A stretch of DNA of 64,000 nucleotides from Amphiscolops sp. MND2022 (taxonomy: Eukaryota), in NCBI GenBank assembly GCA_964187785.1, contig OZ076409.1, positions 74,898,001-74,962,000 of the forward strand, in the 5' to 3' direction. The notes under the pieces are model-generated. The model was given only the letters and a program-made list of their open reading frames with translations. It had not been told where the DNA came from and did no database searches. Made by a program: the position numbers and the translations under genes. Positions 13,275 through 26,524 of this stretch are shown in pieces (within the stretch, counting starts at the first letter, position 1; the number at the start of each line of letters is the position of its first letter).

Positions 13275-14552
13275 GTGGTCGTTAGCATGGGATTTTCTTT
13301 ATGAGCGTAGTCCACTTTTTTTAGGCCGGGGTAGGGTCCCGGGCCGTTACCAATTTCTTACGGAGGAAAAATGTGAAAATCTGCGAGTTTAAAAAATTGG
13401 CCCGTACGATTTGGCTGAAAATTGGCACACAGCATCGTCTTGGTAAACAAATGACTTTGTCCTAGTGACATTTTGCCCAGAAAATTCAAAAAGTTGGTCA
13501 AATTGAAAATTTTTTGACCGTCTAAGGCTAAAATTTGACTTTTTCGCTTTTTTTGGTCAATTTCCTCAGAACTGGTTGATTTTGGTGAAGTAAGTCATAA
13601 GAGGTTATAAGGTCTGCAAATAGCCATCAATTGGCTTGCATAATCAGATTTTGTCAAAAGTGTTTAGTTTTTTTAAAATTCCACACTTTTTTTTCATGTC
13701 AGTGTTTTTTGATACAATTTATTGAATTTTTACTAAGTTCCACTAAATATTTTTAAAATGTTTTTAAAAAACCTTTTTTTGCACGTTTTTGATGTTTTTT
13801 GCTCTCCCATATAGGTTTTCGCATACGGGGAACCTGAATCTGACAACGAAATAATTTTATTCCGCAGTTCAACTTACGCCATTTTTAATAGTGAAAAATC
13901 ACTCATTTTCAATCTAACGAGTGAAAATATCAGAATTTAAAAACCTAAAGTTGAGTTTAAGGCGACTTACAGGTAGAAACAAATGCTCAGAAACAAACTG
14001 ATTTCTTGTATTAGCTAAAGAAAGCCTTTAAAATTCTTTTTACTTTCTTTAAATCAAAATTCGACACTTTTCATGAAATTTGTCAGTGGAAAAAATTTAT
14101 CATTTTTTAAATTAAAAACTTGCTTTGTTGGTCATTTCCGTTAGTCATTAGTAGCTGTGTAATGCTCCAAAGCCTTTCAAGTTCTTTTGACCCTATTTGA
14201 AAATTTTTGATACTGCATAATCAATCCGAGAGAACGAAACAGTTCTGTACATTCCATCTCCCTCTTGGGGGAGATGAGAATGTACTTCCTAAAGTCCAGG
14301 TACTACAGATCATATTTGGTTTTATGCGACGCCCTCTATGCTAGTGCATATAAATACAAGTTGTTTGGCTGGATTTTGCTTCTGACTTGACGTATACTGT
14401 ACGTTTGGTACTGACAATACCCATCATTTACATAACAAACGTCAACGCCACATACCCTTACCAACGCCCATAGTCCGTAGGCATGCCGAGGCATGCCTTT
14501 CGACGACGCGCGCCAAACACAAGCGCGCCCGCACTTTTGCGGTAGCAGCTAG
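13275..14552 (+). mobile_element. Array unit 10, family G (1278 bp)
   Basis: Unique AT-rich body; hairpin-2 ends at 14285; core and CTAG present. Confidence 0.75.
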
Positions 14553-17344
14553 GTGGCGGGGGGCTGTCCCCAATAGAATATAGTGAGGTAGGGTAGGGTT
14601 CCCTACCGAACATTCAGTACTGAAAGACTCTTGTAGTATGAAAATTTTTCGATGTTTTGAGACCGATTTCGGATTCCACCCGTCAGAAGTTTATGATTTT
14701 TTGGCCCCCACCCAGATTTTGGGCACTGATCGCCCCCCACCAGGTTCCATACCCGTGGTTTCGTTGTGACGGGTACACGAGCGACCGTTAGGGGTCAATC
14801 AGGGGGTAAAATTTATAAAAGTGTGAATAACTTTTCCCCCCGTCGTTTTAGCAGGTCCGGTCACTAGTAAAGGTTTGTTGGGCATCATGCAGTGGGTACG
14901 GGGGGCCAAACAAAAATTTTCTATCTTGCACCGTTACGGACTTGGCCCCCCGCCCAAACCGCTATTTTACCGGAAATTGCACTTTTTGACCGGGAAGGAG
15001 TCGTCTGAGCGCGGAGTCGTTTGGTAATGTTTTGTAGAGCATCTGGAGACGTGGTGGGGGACATGTAGTTTGCCGACCCCAGTTTACCCCTCGGACGGGA
15101 AATGACCGTTATGTGAGTTTCAAAAATGCCCCCCTCCAGTTTTCCCCGCAATTTCCGGTGTGAAGGAGTCGGAATAGCGTGTCGAGTGCTATATATCAAA
15201 AGTAGCTTTAAACAAGGACCTATCAGAAACATGTGGTTTGGGACCCTTTGAACGGACCCGTTAGCCGGAAATAGGGTGACCGCCTCCTTTTTTGGGTGGT
15301 AAAACCGTAAAACGGGCATTAAAGTGTAATTATCTCGTGAACGCGTGGAGCAATCGTGTCCATCACTCCTACAAAGTTTCATACCCATGACATGGTGCCT
15401 TCAGGGGGGCAAACAGATCAGCGCTATCTATCACCGTTACGGACTTTGCCCCCCAGCCTAACCGCTATATTACCGGAAATTGTCCTTTTTGACCGGGAAG
15501 GAGTCGTCTGAGAGTGGAGTCGTTAAGTAATGTTTTGTAGAGCATCTAGAGACGTGTTGGGGGACATGTAGTTTGCCGACCCCGGTTTACCCCTCGGACG
15601 GGAAATTACCGTTATGTGAGTTTTAAAATTGACCCCCTTCAACTTTCCCCGTTATTTCCGATGTGAAGGAGTGAGGGTAGTGCGTCGGGTGTCATATATC
15701 AAAAGTAGGTTAAGACAAGGACCAACCGGGAACATGTTGTTTGGGACCCTCTGGCCCAACCCGTTAGCCGTTATAAGGGTGATCGCCTCCTTTTTTTACT
15801 GCTAAAACCGGAAAACGGGCATTGAGGGGTAAATATCTCGTGAACGCGTGGAGCAATCGTGTCCATCAGTACTACAAGGTTTCATACCCATGATACGGTG
15901 CCTTCAGGGGGGAAAACAGATTACCGCTATATATCACCGTTATGGACTTGGCCCCCCAGCCTAACCGCTATGTGACCGGAAATGTCATTTTTTGAGCCAA
16001 AAGGGTTGGTCCCAGCGTGGGAACGTCAGGTAACTTTATGTAGAACTCAATGAGACGAGTTGGGGGATATAGTTTCAGTCACCCCCCGTTGACCCGTTAG
16101 ACCGGAAACGACCGTTATGTAGTGAAAAATGTTATTTTTATACTTTTTGAAGGCCATTTAGGGCAGGAAGTATCGGTAATATGTCTTTGGACAGTATACA
16201 ATGAAAGTTTTGGTGTGAAACGAGCAATCTGAAATAACCGTTATTATGATTCGGAAGTCACACTAACAGCGAAAATGACCGTTATGTAGTGAAAATTTTT
16301 TTTCCAATTTTTTTTGCTTTCGATAGGTCCTTCAAGCCAAGAAGTAGCTGTATTAGGTCTTTGGTCACTTTATGATGATTGTGGTGTTGTGAGTTGACCG
16401 TACGAACTTGACCGTTATAATGCCCATGAAGTTGCGGCGGCACGAGAAATTTCAGAAAGTTTGTCTTTTCTGTGTTTTTGTTGGAATAAACGTGTAATTT
16501 CATCAAACCAAAGTGCATTCAGGGTGTCAGAAAGCTTCAAGAAAAGAATTTGACAGGAAACATGAGGTGAGAAATACGAAAATGCCACGGAAATCCAACC
16601 CGTTGGGGAGTAAAGATAATAAATTGGTTTGGAAGTGCCAATCGACGTGTAATTGCGGATCATAGCTACAATATTGTCTCTTTTTGTTTGTTTTTGAAGA
16701 CTTTGAACATTTTTACTTTATCAGCTTGAAGTTTCGACTCTATATACTTAATAACCGTTACAATATGATAGCCCTCAAGTTGACCTTGTGTCAACTTGAA
16801 AGGGCTATCCTTTCACAACTGCGCAGCGACAGTGTGATTGAGTTTTTTTGTTATTATCCATAGCCAATTTGAACTTCAACAAAAATTTAACCATAGGTAA
16901 AAAATTTCATATGATTCTTTTAAAAGGATAAGTAAGAAACAAATGTTTGACAAAAAACTTTCAACCTTTAATTTGTGGACTGAATATCAGGAAAACCATG
17001 TCTCCTAACGTTGTTGGATGAAATTCAACATGATTCTTTTAATAGGATAACAAAGTTTGACAAAATATTTTTTTTATTCTTTCGTTGGTGCTCTACATTT
17101 TAGGAAAACGAATTTTCCAACAAATATTGTTGGCTGATGCCCGTTCATAGTGGCTTGAAAATTTCACCAACTGTAATGCTTTTTATCAAAGCTGAAACCG
17201 CACCTTACCGTCGCATAATGTAACTCAACCCGACGCCCACATTGCAACATCAACGTCCACCGTCTGTGGGCATGCCGAGGCATGCCCTTCGACGACGTAT
17301 GCCAAATAAGCCTTACCCGCACTCTCAAGTGCGGTAGCAGCTAG
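14553..17344 (+). mobile_element. Array unit 11, family H (2792 bp) with internal 503-bp tandem duplication
   Basis: CACCGTTA(C/T)GGACTT recurs at 14929, 15432, 15935; hairpin-3 at 16767-16809. Confidence 0.75.
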
Positions 17345-18734
17345 GTGGTCGGGGCGGTCCCCAGAACGCACATGGAGGCGCGGGGAGGGTCCTGCGCCGA
17401 CGTAGAATAATTTCATAAAATACTATTATCCTACATGAGTGTTTTGGAAGCGATTTTGGAACCTACCCGTCAGATTTGGATAATTTTTTGCATGCAGCCA
17501 TAACTCGAAATTCTAAGAACTTTTTCCTACTGTCATTTTCCCCGCAAATTGTTTTTTGTTGACTTATGGCCGAAAAACCGGAAATAACGTCCTTTTTAGA
17601 CGTTATATCCGAAGTGTCGTCATAACTTTTTTCCAGGGCATGCTAGCGTTCTCCTTCACTTTTACACTTTGTTTTAGCATCTCAAAATACAACTGGTGGA
17701 AAATTTTGGTTGCATTCGGATCACCCCCCACCGAGATAGAAGGGTTCCCCCCTCCAGTTTTACCCCCCAATACTGAGAAAATACCAATTTTGAGCATGAA
17801 GCCGTGGATTTAGCGAATCCTCACCCCCCTGATGTTTTGTCGGACATGTTAGGGTCAATCTGGTGACATGTGTGGTTTTCACCCCCAACCCCCCCTGGGA
17901 CCGGAAATGACACTTTTTTGTGTTTTTTGACAAAAATGAGCCTTTTTGATTAGTAGGGAGTCGTTTTTGGGCCTCCTAGCAGGATATCGAAGTTGAAATA
18001 CAACTTGATCACAACCCAGTGACAACATGTTGGCCAGTTGCAGGTACCATCATGACCGGAAGTGGGGTCAAACCCCCCTTTTTGTGACCGCTTTTTGACC
18101 TTGTGCACCAAAATGCCAACAACTTGAGGCCTAATGACGCATTCAAATCTGTACAAAGATAGAACGTTAGACAACGGAAGTCCCGCAAGCTCTTTAGCAT
18201 ATACCGGACGTCACCCCCCATGACCGGAAGTTGTCCAATATGACCGGAAATGGTCCAAAAATTCATGTAAAATTAACTTTTTCACTTATTGAAGACCACT
18301 TCGTTGAACATTTTCAATCCCAAAACTAGCGTACTAGCTGGTGGCGTTGAATTTATGGAAATTGAGGAGCTTTATCACCCCCGATAGCCTTCGAAGTTGA
18401 CCTTGCGTCAACTTTGGAGGCTATCGATTCTGAAAATGAACAACAAAGTACTTTGTTGCTCTCGTTTTTTTTCCGTTTTTTTCCTCAAATATTGTTGAGA
18501 CATACACATGGCCGTTAGTTAAAATCAATATTTTAGCCCATGTTATAGCGTGAGTAACGAAGCGTTACACAGGCTGGTGTGGTTTTGAACTGTAATTATT
18601 TTAAAATAAAAAAAGACCCTCTTAGTCAACTCCACACATTCATACCAACGCCCACCGTCTGTGGGCATGCCGAGGCATGCGCTTCGACGACGTATGACGA
18701 ATCCATTCCAACGACACCCGCAGTCCTCAGCTAG
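17345..18734 (+). mobile_element. Array unit 12, family I (1390 bp)
   Basis: Homologous to units at 34287, 36946, 54608; hairpin-3 at 18382-18426. Confidence 0.8.
18382..18426. other. Hairpin-3 (example): CGATAGCCTTCGAAGTTGAC-CTTGC-GTCAACTTTGGAGGCTATCG
   Basis: 20-bp stem with two G-T pairs; replaces hairpin-2 in families H, I, L (8 copies seen). Confidence 0.85.
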
Positions 18735-20022
18735 GTGGCCGGAAATTTTTTTTTTCATCAAAATCTTTGCCATTGGGGGAGGGGCCCCGGATGGCCAGTA
18801 GTACGGGATAGCTTCCTACCAAATCCAGATGGAAAAAACGTGATTTCGGAAACTAGCCGTCAGAATTTGCTCAAAATTTGCATACGGCTTCCTATGACAA
18901 TCCTAAGAACTAATCCCTACTGGCATTTTGCCCAAAAAACGCAAAAAGTTGGTCAAAATCTTAGTTTTTTGGTCAAAAAATAGCGTTTTTTCGAAAAAAA
19001 AAATTTTCAGAGACAATTACTCGTAACTGGTTCACCCAGCGCAAAAACGCCTAGCTGATTTATTGTTGGGCACTTCATGAGGAGTGCGTATACAAATTTT
19101 TGTCCAGATCGGAAAAAAAATGACTAAGTATTAGCCGGAATTCGGACGCATTTTTTCGCAAATTTTTGAAAACCTAGTCTATCTCTGCCGTTTTTTGCCC
19201 AGATTTTTTTCCAGGTCCTCTCCTAAAGGCCTCCCCTGGCCGGTTTACTTCCCAAAAAAACCAATTGGCCCTAAATACGGAGTTTCAGCGTTCTAGCATT
19301 CCCGGGCGAAAAGATGTGGGACTTAGAAAAAATTCAAAATTTTTCAAAAAATTTTTTTTTCGTTTTCCGGCCCCCCAATGAAGGGGAACGACCCCCCAAC
19401 GAGGATCTTTGGTGAATTCACGTGGAAAGGCCTTGTTTTGTGGAGCAAATTGCCGTGTAGAGCAACTTTTTATCTTAACTTGACGTTGACCTCTGTCGTT
19501 TTGAATTTGATATTAGTATGTGTTGAGCATGTGAAAAGTTGATGATTTCAGTTGTTCTCTCGTGTTCAAGCCATTGAGATACAAGCGGTAGTGATCAAAA
19601 TGTGATTTATCGCAATTTGGTGGTGCTTTTGGTGTATTTTGATTCTTTTAAATAAAAAGTTGTTCTTTATATATTTGGTGTATTGATTCAAATGAACAAG
19701 AAACAGTTGAGTACATTTCATCTCCCCCCTTGTGGGGGAGATGAGGATGTACCCGCTAAATGACACGCACAATGGCCCAATTTTATTTTTATGCGACATT
19801 TTCTAGGCTTTTGCGCAAGCCCACTAAAATTTAGACTGGTTTCCTTTTCTTTTACTCCAAAATTTTCCGTACTAACCACCTTACGCACCACCAGCTCAAC
19901 GTAACATCTGTAACGTCAACGCCACACACTCTCACTAACGCCCACCGTCCGTGGGCATGCCGAGGCATGCCCTTCGACGACGTATGCCAAATAGCGCCAC
20001 AGGGCGCAAACTTGTCCGCTAG
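18735..20022 (+). mobile_element. Array unit 13, family F (1288 bp)
   Basis: Near-identical to unit 9, with different neighbours. Confidence 0.8.
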
Positions 20023-21309
20023 GTGCCGGGATTTCTATTCGTTCGAGTATGTGGCGCGTGTGGGTAGGGCCCCTGGCGCGCTCTTGTGTTTGGGGGTTTC
20101 CTACTTCTAAATCACGTTCAGATTTCCGGGATCTCGTAAACTATCCATACGATTTGGCTGAAATTTGGCACACGTACCCCCCTCGGCACGGTGAAGATGA
20201 CTTCCTACTGACGTTTTTCCCGCTAAACATTTTTTGTTGACCAAATTAACGGTTTTTGGTGGAAAATTTTTGATTTTTTTTAAATTTTATCTTATATCTC
20301 GCCACGGGTCCACGCTAGCGCTTCCAAACCCTGCTGACGAAACCTCGCAAACTGTCTCAGGAATGCTGTGTGAAATTTTCAGCTCAATCGGACTTAAACT
20401 CGGGGAGATATAGCGTTTTTCCGGAGCGGGGGGGTTTCATTTTTCTAACGGTCCAGCTTATCTTTGCCATTTTTTCGAAAATGCACTCGCCTAAAGGCCT
20501 CCCCTGGCCGGTTTTACTCCCAAAAAAACCATTTGGCCCTAAATACGGAGTTTCAGCGTTCTAGCATTCCGGGGCGAAAAGTTGTGGTACTTAGTAAATT
20601 TCAAAAATTTTCAAAAATTTTTTTTTCGTTCTTTGGGACCCCAAAGTGGGGAAAAGACCCCCCAACCAGTAATTTGAGTGAATTCATGTGGAAAGGCCAT
20701 GTTTAGCGGCGAAAAATGCTTTTTAGATCGTCTTTTTATTTTAACCTGTTGTTGACTTATGTTGTTTTGAAGGTGATGTTTGGATGTGTGAAGCATGTGA
20801 AAAGGTAATTTTTTTGTGTCTTTATCTCTTCTAAAAGCCATTGAGATGCAATCTGTTTTGCTCAAAACGTAATTCAATGCAATTTGGCAGTCAATGAACA
20901 CAATTTGGTGTCTTTTGTTATATTTTTCTGTTGATATAATAAAAAATTTTGTGTCTTTATTAATTTTTTTTAAATAAAATAACTTGAAACAGTTGAGTAC
21001 ATTCCATCCCCCCTTCCGGGGGAGATGGAAATGTACTCGCTAAAAGCCGCGAACAAGAGCCCATACCTTCCTGCGCTACGCAGTATAAAGATTGCATGTT
21101 GGTTCCGACTTTTTGGTAGTGTTATATCTTGGTAATTTGACTGAATATGGAGAAAAATCAGCAAGTGCTCTTTTATAGCAAATTGCTGACAACGACAATT
21201 TTTTTATATCAACGCCCCCATATTTATCAACGCCCCCCGTCCGTGGGCATGCCGAGGCATGCCCTTCGACGACGTATACCAAAATATGCGTTAGCGCGGT
21301 AGCCGCTAG
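20023..21309 (+). mobile_element. Array unit 14, family J (1287 bp)
   Basis: Starts GTGCCGGGATTTC, like units at 57276, 58549, 59836. Confidence 0.8.
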
Positions 21310-22580
21310 GTGGCCGGAAATTTTTTTTCATCAAAATCTTTGCCATTGGGGGAGGGGCCCCGGATGGCCAGTAGTACGGGATAGCTTCCTACCAAATCCA
21401 GATGGAAAAAACGTGATTTTGGAAACTAGCCGTCAGAATTTGCTCAAATTTTGCATACGGCTTCCTATGACAATCCTAAGAACTAATCCCTACTGGCATT
21501 TTGCCCAAAAAACGCAAAAAGTTGGTCAAAATCTTGATTTTTTGGTCAAAAAATGACGTTTTTTCGAAAAAAAAATTTTTCAGAGACAATTACTCGTAAC
21601 TGGTTCACCCAGCGCAAAAACGCCTAGCTGATTTATTGTTGGGCACTTCATTAGGAGTACGTATACAAATTTTCGTCTAAATCGGATGAAAATTGATTGA
21701 GAAATAACTAAAAATTTGAGGCATTTTTTTGGAAATTTTTGAAATCCCAGTCTATCTCTGCCGTTTTTTGCCCAGATTTTTTTCCAGACACTTTCCTAAA
21801 TACCTCCCCTGGCCGGTTTACCTCCCAGCAAAACCATTTGGCCCTAAATACGGAGTTTCAGCATTCCAGCAAACCCCGGGTAAAAGATAAATGACTTAGA
21901 ATTTTTTCGAAAAATTTTCAAAAAATTTTTTTTTCAAATTCAGGCCTCCCAAAGTCAAGAAACTTCCACACAACTAGGATTGCAAGTGATAGCATGCGGA
22001 AAGTGCTTGAATAGACGAGAATAATTAGCTATTATACGACTCTGTAGCTTAACCTGACGTTGACTTATGATAATTTTAGTGTGAGCTTCGTATGTGCTGA
22101 AAAAATCAAAAAAACCTAAAAGTCTTTTAAAAGTAATCAGAATACGTCCAATCAACCCCAGAGCTGTTAAATTGCTGTTGTGCAGTGGAGCAACACCATT
22201 TAGAGTGTTTTGACCCATTTTGATAAGTTTTGATACCGTCTTGTTCATCCGATAGCACAAAACAGTTGAGTACATTCCATCTCCCTCCTTGTGGGGGAGA
22301 TGAGAATGTACTCGCTAAAAGTCAGGCACTATAGCGCCCATTTTGTTTTATTCGACGCTAGTGATGCTATTGCACACGAATACAATAGTTTTGTCAAATC
22401 ATGTTTGACATGATGAATCTTACTATACCTTTAGTTTACGTTAACCTACTACTACAACATCACATCCGTAACGTCACCGCCACATACTCGCATCAACGCC
22501 CACCGTCCGTGGGCATGCCGAGGCATGCCCTTCGACGACGTATGCCAAATAGCGCCACAGGGCGCAAACTTGTCCGCTAG
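21310..22580 (+). mobile_element. Array unit 15, family F 5' end with a different 3' half (1271 bp)
   Basis: First ~350 bp match units 9 and 13, then switches. Confidence 0.75.
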
Positions 22581-23851
22581 GTGGTCTGTCCCGGTTAGGA
22601 CATTAAAATAGGGCGAGGCCGGGGAGGGTCCCGTGCCGAGTTTTGGGTAGCGCGGAGCAGGGTCCAACATCTTACGTACCCCCGACCAAAAAACGACGAT
22701 CTCGAATCCCACCCGTACGATTCGGCTGAAATTTGGCATGCGGCTTCCTCTAGCGATTCTAAGAACTTTTCCCTACTACCATTTTGCCCAGAAATTATTT
22801 TTTGTTGACTTTTAGACTATTTTAGGGTCAGGAAGGAGCGTTTTTTCAAAAAAATTTTTTTCAAGAGCCCATATCTCGCTCCCACGTGCTCGGAGCGGGT
22901 CGCATGTGGACGTTGATATTGCTGGGCACTTCGTAAGGAGTCCGTAGACAAATTTTCGTCCAGATCGGATAAAAATTGTTTGAGTAATAGCCGCAAATCG
23001 GACGATTTTTCTCGAAAATTTTGGTACATCTAGTCTATCTCTGCCGTTTTTTGCCCAGATTTTTTTCCAAGACCTCTCCTAAAGACCTCCCCTGGCCAGT
23101 TTACCTCCCAAAAAAACCATTTGCCCCTTTTGCCGCAGTTTCAGCGTTCCAGGATTCCCCGGGTAAAAGATAAATGACTTAGAATTTTTTCAAAAATTTT
23201 TCAAAATTTTTTTTTTAAACTTCAGGCCTCCCAAAGTCAAACAACTTCCACACAACTAGTATTGCAAGTGAATGCATGTGGAAAGTACTTGGATAGACGA
23301 GAAAAATGAGCTATTATAAACTTCTGTAGCTTGACCTGACGTTGACTTATGACAATTTTAGTGTGAGCTTGCTATGTGAGAAAAAATTCAAAAATTGAAA
23401 ATCGAAGCTAAGTTTCATCTAAAACTCATCGGAATCCGTTGAATCCATTCTAAAGCGGTTCAATTCCAGCTGTTTAGTGCAGCAATACCATTCAAGGTCG
23501 TTTGACTCATTTTCATAAGTTTTGACACCGTCTTATCCATCCGAAAATTCGAAACAGTTGAGTACATTCCATCTCCCCTCCGTGGGAGATGGTAATGTAC
23601 TCGAAAAAAGCCAAAGTCCTACCGCCCCATTCTACCCGGAGTGGTGCTAGCTATGCAGTAGCGTGAGCTCCAGGTTGTTTGCAGTACCCTTTACGTATGT
23701 TGTGACTATGTATTACAATTATATCTCTTTAACTAAACATGAAAAAATTGTTTCAATCCCAAAATTTTTTTTTTCAACTTTAGTATGTATATACATATAC
23801 AACATTATACAGTGTCGCCCTACTTGCCATCACAGTCATTGCCTGCACTGG
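22581..23851 (+). mobile_element. Array unit 16, family K (1271 bp), coreless, ends CTGG
   Basis: Hairpin-2 at 23560-23602; no GGCATGCC core; followed exactly by a family-A start. Confidence 0.75.
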
Positions 23852-25121
23852 GTGGCCGCGTCTTTTAGATGGACTTTTAGCCCTGAGGCGCGGGTAGGGT
23901 CCTGCGCCGACCTGGTGAAAATATACTCCTGGCAAATGGCCCGAATCGGAGACGATCTCAAAACTGGCCCGTACGATTTTCCTGAAAATTTGCATGTGGC
24001 CCCCAATTGGCGAGCAATGAAAAAGTGTAGGAGGTCATTTTCTCCTGGTTTCATTGTGAGACGAGATATATGAAAAAAACAGACCCCAAAATGACGAAAT
24101 TTTCACTTTTTGACCAAAAATGTGACATTATCTCCTCAGACAAGGCTCGGAGCAAAATTTTTCAGGACCCAAACCTGCAGCAGACTGTTAGAGCAGTGCA
24201 CACAGTAAGTTTGAAGGAAATCGGATAATCACATGTGGAGAAATTGACGTTTTTCCGGCGAAATTTTTCGCAAATGCAGTCTATCTCTACCGTTTTTTGC
24301 CCAAATTTTTTTCGAGACCCTCTCCTAAAGGCCTCCCCTGGCCCAATTTCCTTCCAACAAAACCATTTGGCCCTAAATACGAGGTTTCAGCGTTCCTGCA
24401 TTCCCCAGTGAAAAGTTATGGGACTTAGAAATTTTTCAAAAATTTTCAAATTTTTTCTAAAAAAGTTCAGGCCGCCCAAAGTGAAGAAACTTCCACACAA
24501 CTAGTATTGCAAGTGAAAGCATGTGGAAAGCCCTGCACTTGACGAGAAAAATGCCGTTTAGAACGTCTTTTTATCTTTACTTGATGTTGACTTATGATCT
24601 TTTGAGTAACGTATAACACGTGATCACAGTAGTGAAAATCCTAATTTTCAATAATTTTCAAACAATAACGCATGAAAAGAACCTGGAAAGGTTCCGATGG
24701 GTCAGTCGGGATGTCTGAAGCATGTGTACATTCCCGTAGCGTATAGCGGATGTATTAGGGACTTATTAGAAAATGTGATATAATTTATACAAGTCTTTGT
24801 TTCTCTTGGAATCTTATGCAGTTGAGTACATTCCATCTCCCTCTCAGGGGAGATGTGAATGTACGTTTGCCAAATGCCTTGTAAAGTTCACATGTTTGAT
24901 GGACCTAACTAAGTAAACAAGTGTGATTTGCGTTTGCCGAATCGCTACAGCAAAAAATACTAAAACTTTAGTCAGATTGAAAAGTTTTTGTCTTTAGTGT
25001 TTCTTCTTGTATAGCCGACTTCCACATCCAAATATCAACGCCCACCGTCCGTGGGCATGCCGAGGCATGCCCTTCGACGACGTATGCCAAATACCCAATG
25101 CCACGCTGTCATTATCGCTAG
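23852..25121 (+). mobile_element. Array unit 17, family A (1270 bp)
   Basis: Homologous to unit 8. Confidence 0.8.
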
Positions 25122-26524
25122 GTGGTCGGGTATTTTTTTTTACTCGTATATGACGTTTGCGAGGCTTTGGGGAGGGCCCCGTGCCGAGCCTGTTCCGAAA
25201 ATCGCCACATGTAGAAATCTGGCACTAAAATGCGAGATCTCAAAAAGTAGCCGTTAGAATTCTCTGAAATTTTGCATGTGGCTCAGAATTAATGAGTAAT
25301 GAAAAAGTGTAGGAGTGAAGGTCGCTGAAAAAATGGTCCTTGTTGCACTTTTTGCGCAATTTTTGTCTGATTGTTGCGTTTTTTATGTCATTTTGGACTT
25401 TTCAAGCAAAAAACTCATGGATGCTTTGTTCCTAGCGCATCAAGTGTGGAGCACGAAAAGTTGCAGCATCTCCAAGTGCGTATGCTGAGAAAATTTGGTT
25501 GCCGTCGGGTTACCCCCCACAGAGCTAGAGGGGTACTTCCGGTTATTTTTGACCCCCTAAATTAGGTAAACTGCTAATTTTTGTAATGAAGCCGTAGATT
25601 TAGCATGTCCGCACCCTGCTGAAGTTTTGTTAAACATTTTGAGAGAGACCCAATGACATGTGTTCAGTTCACCCCCCATCACCCCCTTGACCGGAAATGA
25701 ACGTTTTTGTGCACTTTCAGACCGGATGTCTCCATTTTCACCGGTAAGGAGGCCTTGTACGACCAAATAGCCGGATATCAAAATTGAAGTATAACCCAGG
25801 GTCAACTTAATGACCACGTGTTGTCCAGTCATGGGTTTTACTATGACCGGAAATGGGCTCAAAACCCCACTTTTAGTAGTTTTTTATCAATTTGAATAGT
25901 GTTTGGTCCACATTCAGGTGGCGTAAGTCACTTGCACCAGTGTGAGTATTAACTGCATGTTCCCTGCGTAGACGTAACTGACACTGTCAGATACCGGAAG
26001 TAACCCCATGTGACCGGAAGTGGTCAATTTTGACCGGAAATGGTCCAAAAAGTAGCGTAAAAGCAGTTTTTCACTACTTTTTAGGGACAATTTTTTACTT
26101 TTTTTCAATCTGAATGCCTCCTTTATACTACCAAAGCTAACATCGTTGCCTGTTTTGCTAAAGATTTGGTAATTGATTACCTTTATCAACCCCGATAGCC
26201 TTCCAAGTTGACCTTGGGTCAATCTTGAAGGCTATCTATACTTAAAACGAAAAATCGAGATAAGTTGTTTTCTCCATTACGTTGATAATTTTTCCTTGAT
26301 GTCAAATTGTTAAGCAAAGACTTTTAAGCAAATTAATGATCTGAATCTTGTTCAGAGGTCTCACCCTGAGGAAGATTATTTGAGATTGAAGTAAACTGAG
26401 AATGAGGTTAGTATTTGTCAACATCAGAGAATCTTATCAACGCCCACCGTCTGTGGGCATGCCGAGGCATGCCCTTCGACGACGTATGCCAAATAGCGCC
26501 ACAGGGCGCCCACACTTTTGCTAG
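25122..26524 (+). mobile_element. Array unit 18, family L (1403 bp)
   Basis: Homologous to 29595-31012; hairpin-3 at 26194-26236. Confidence 0.8.
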
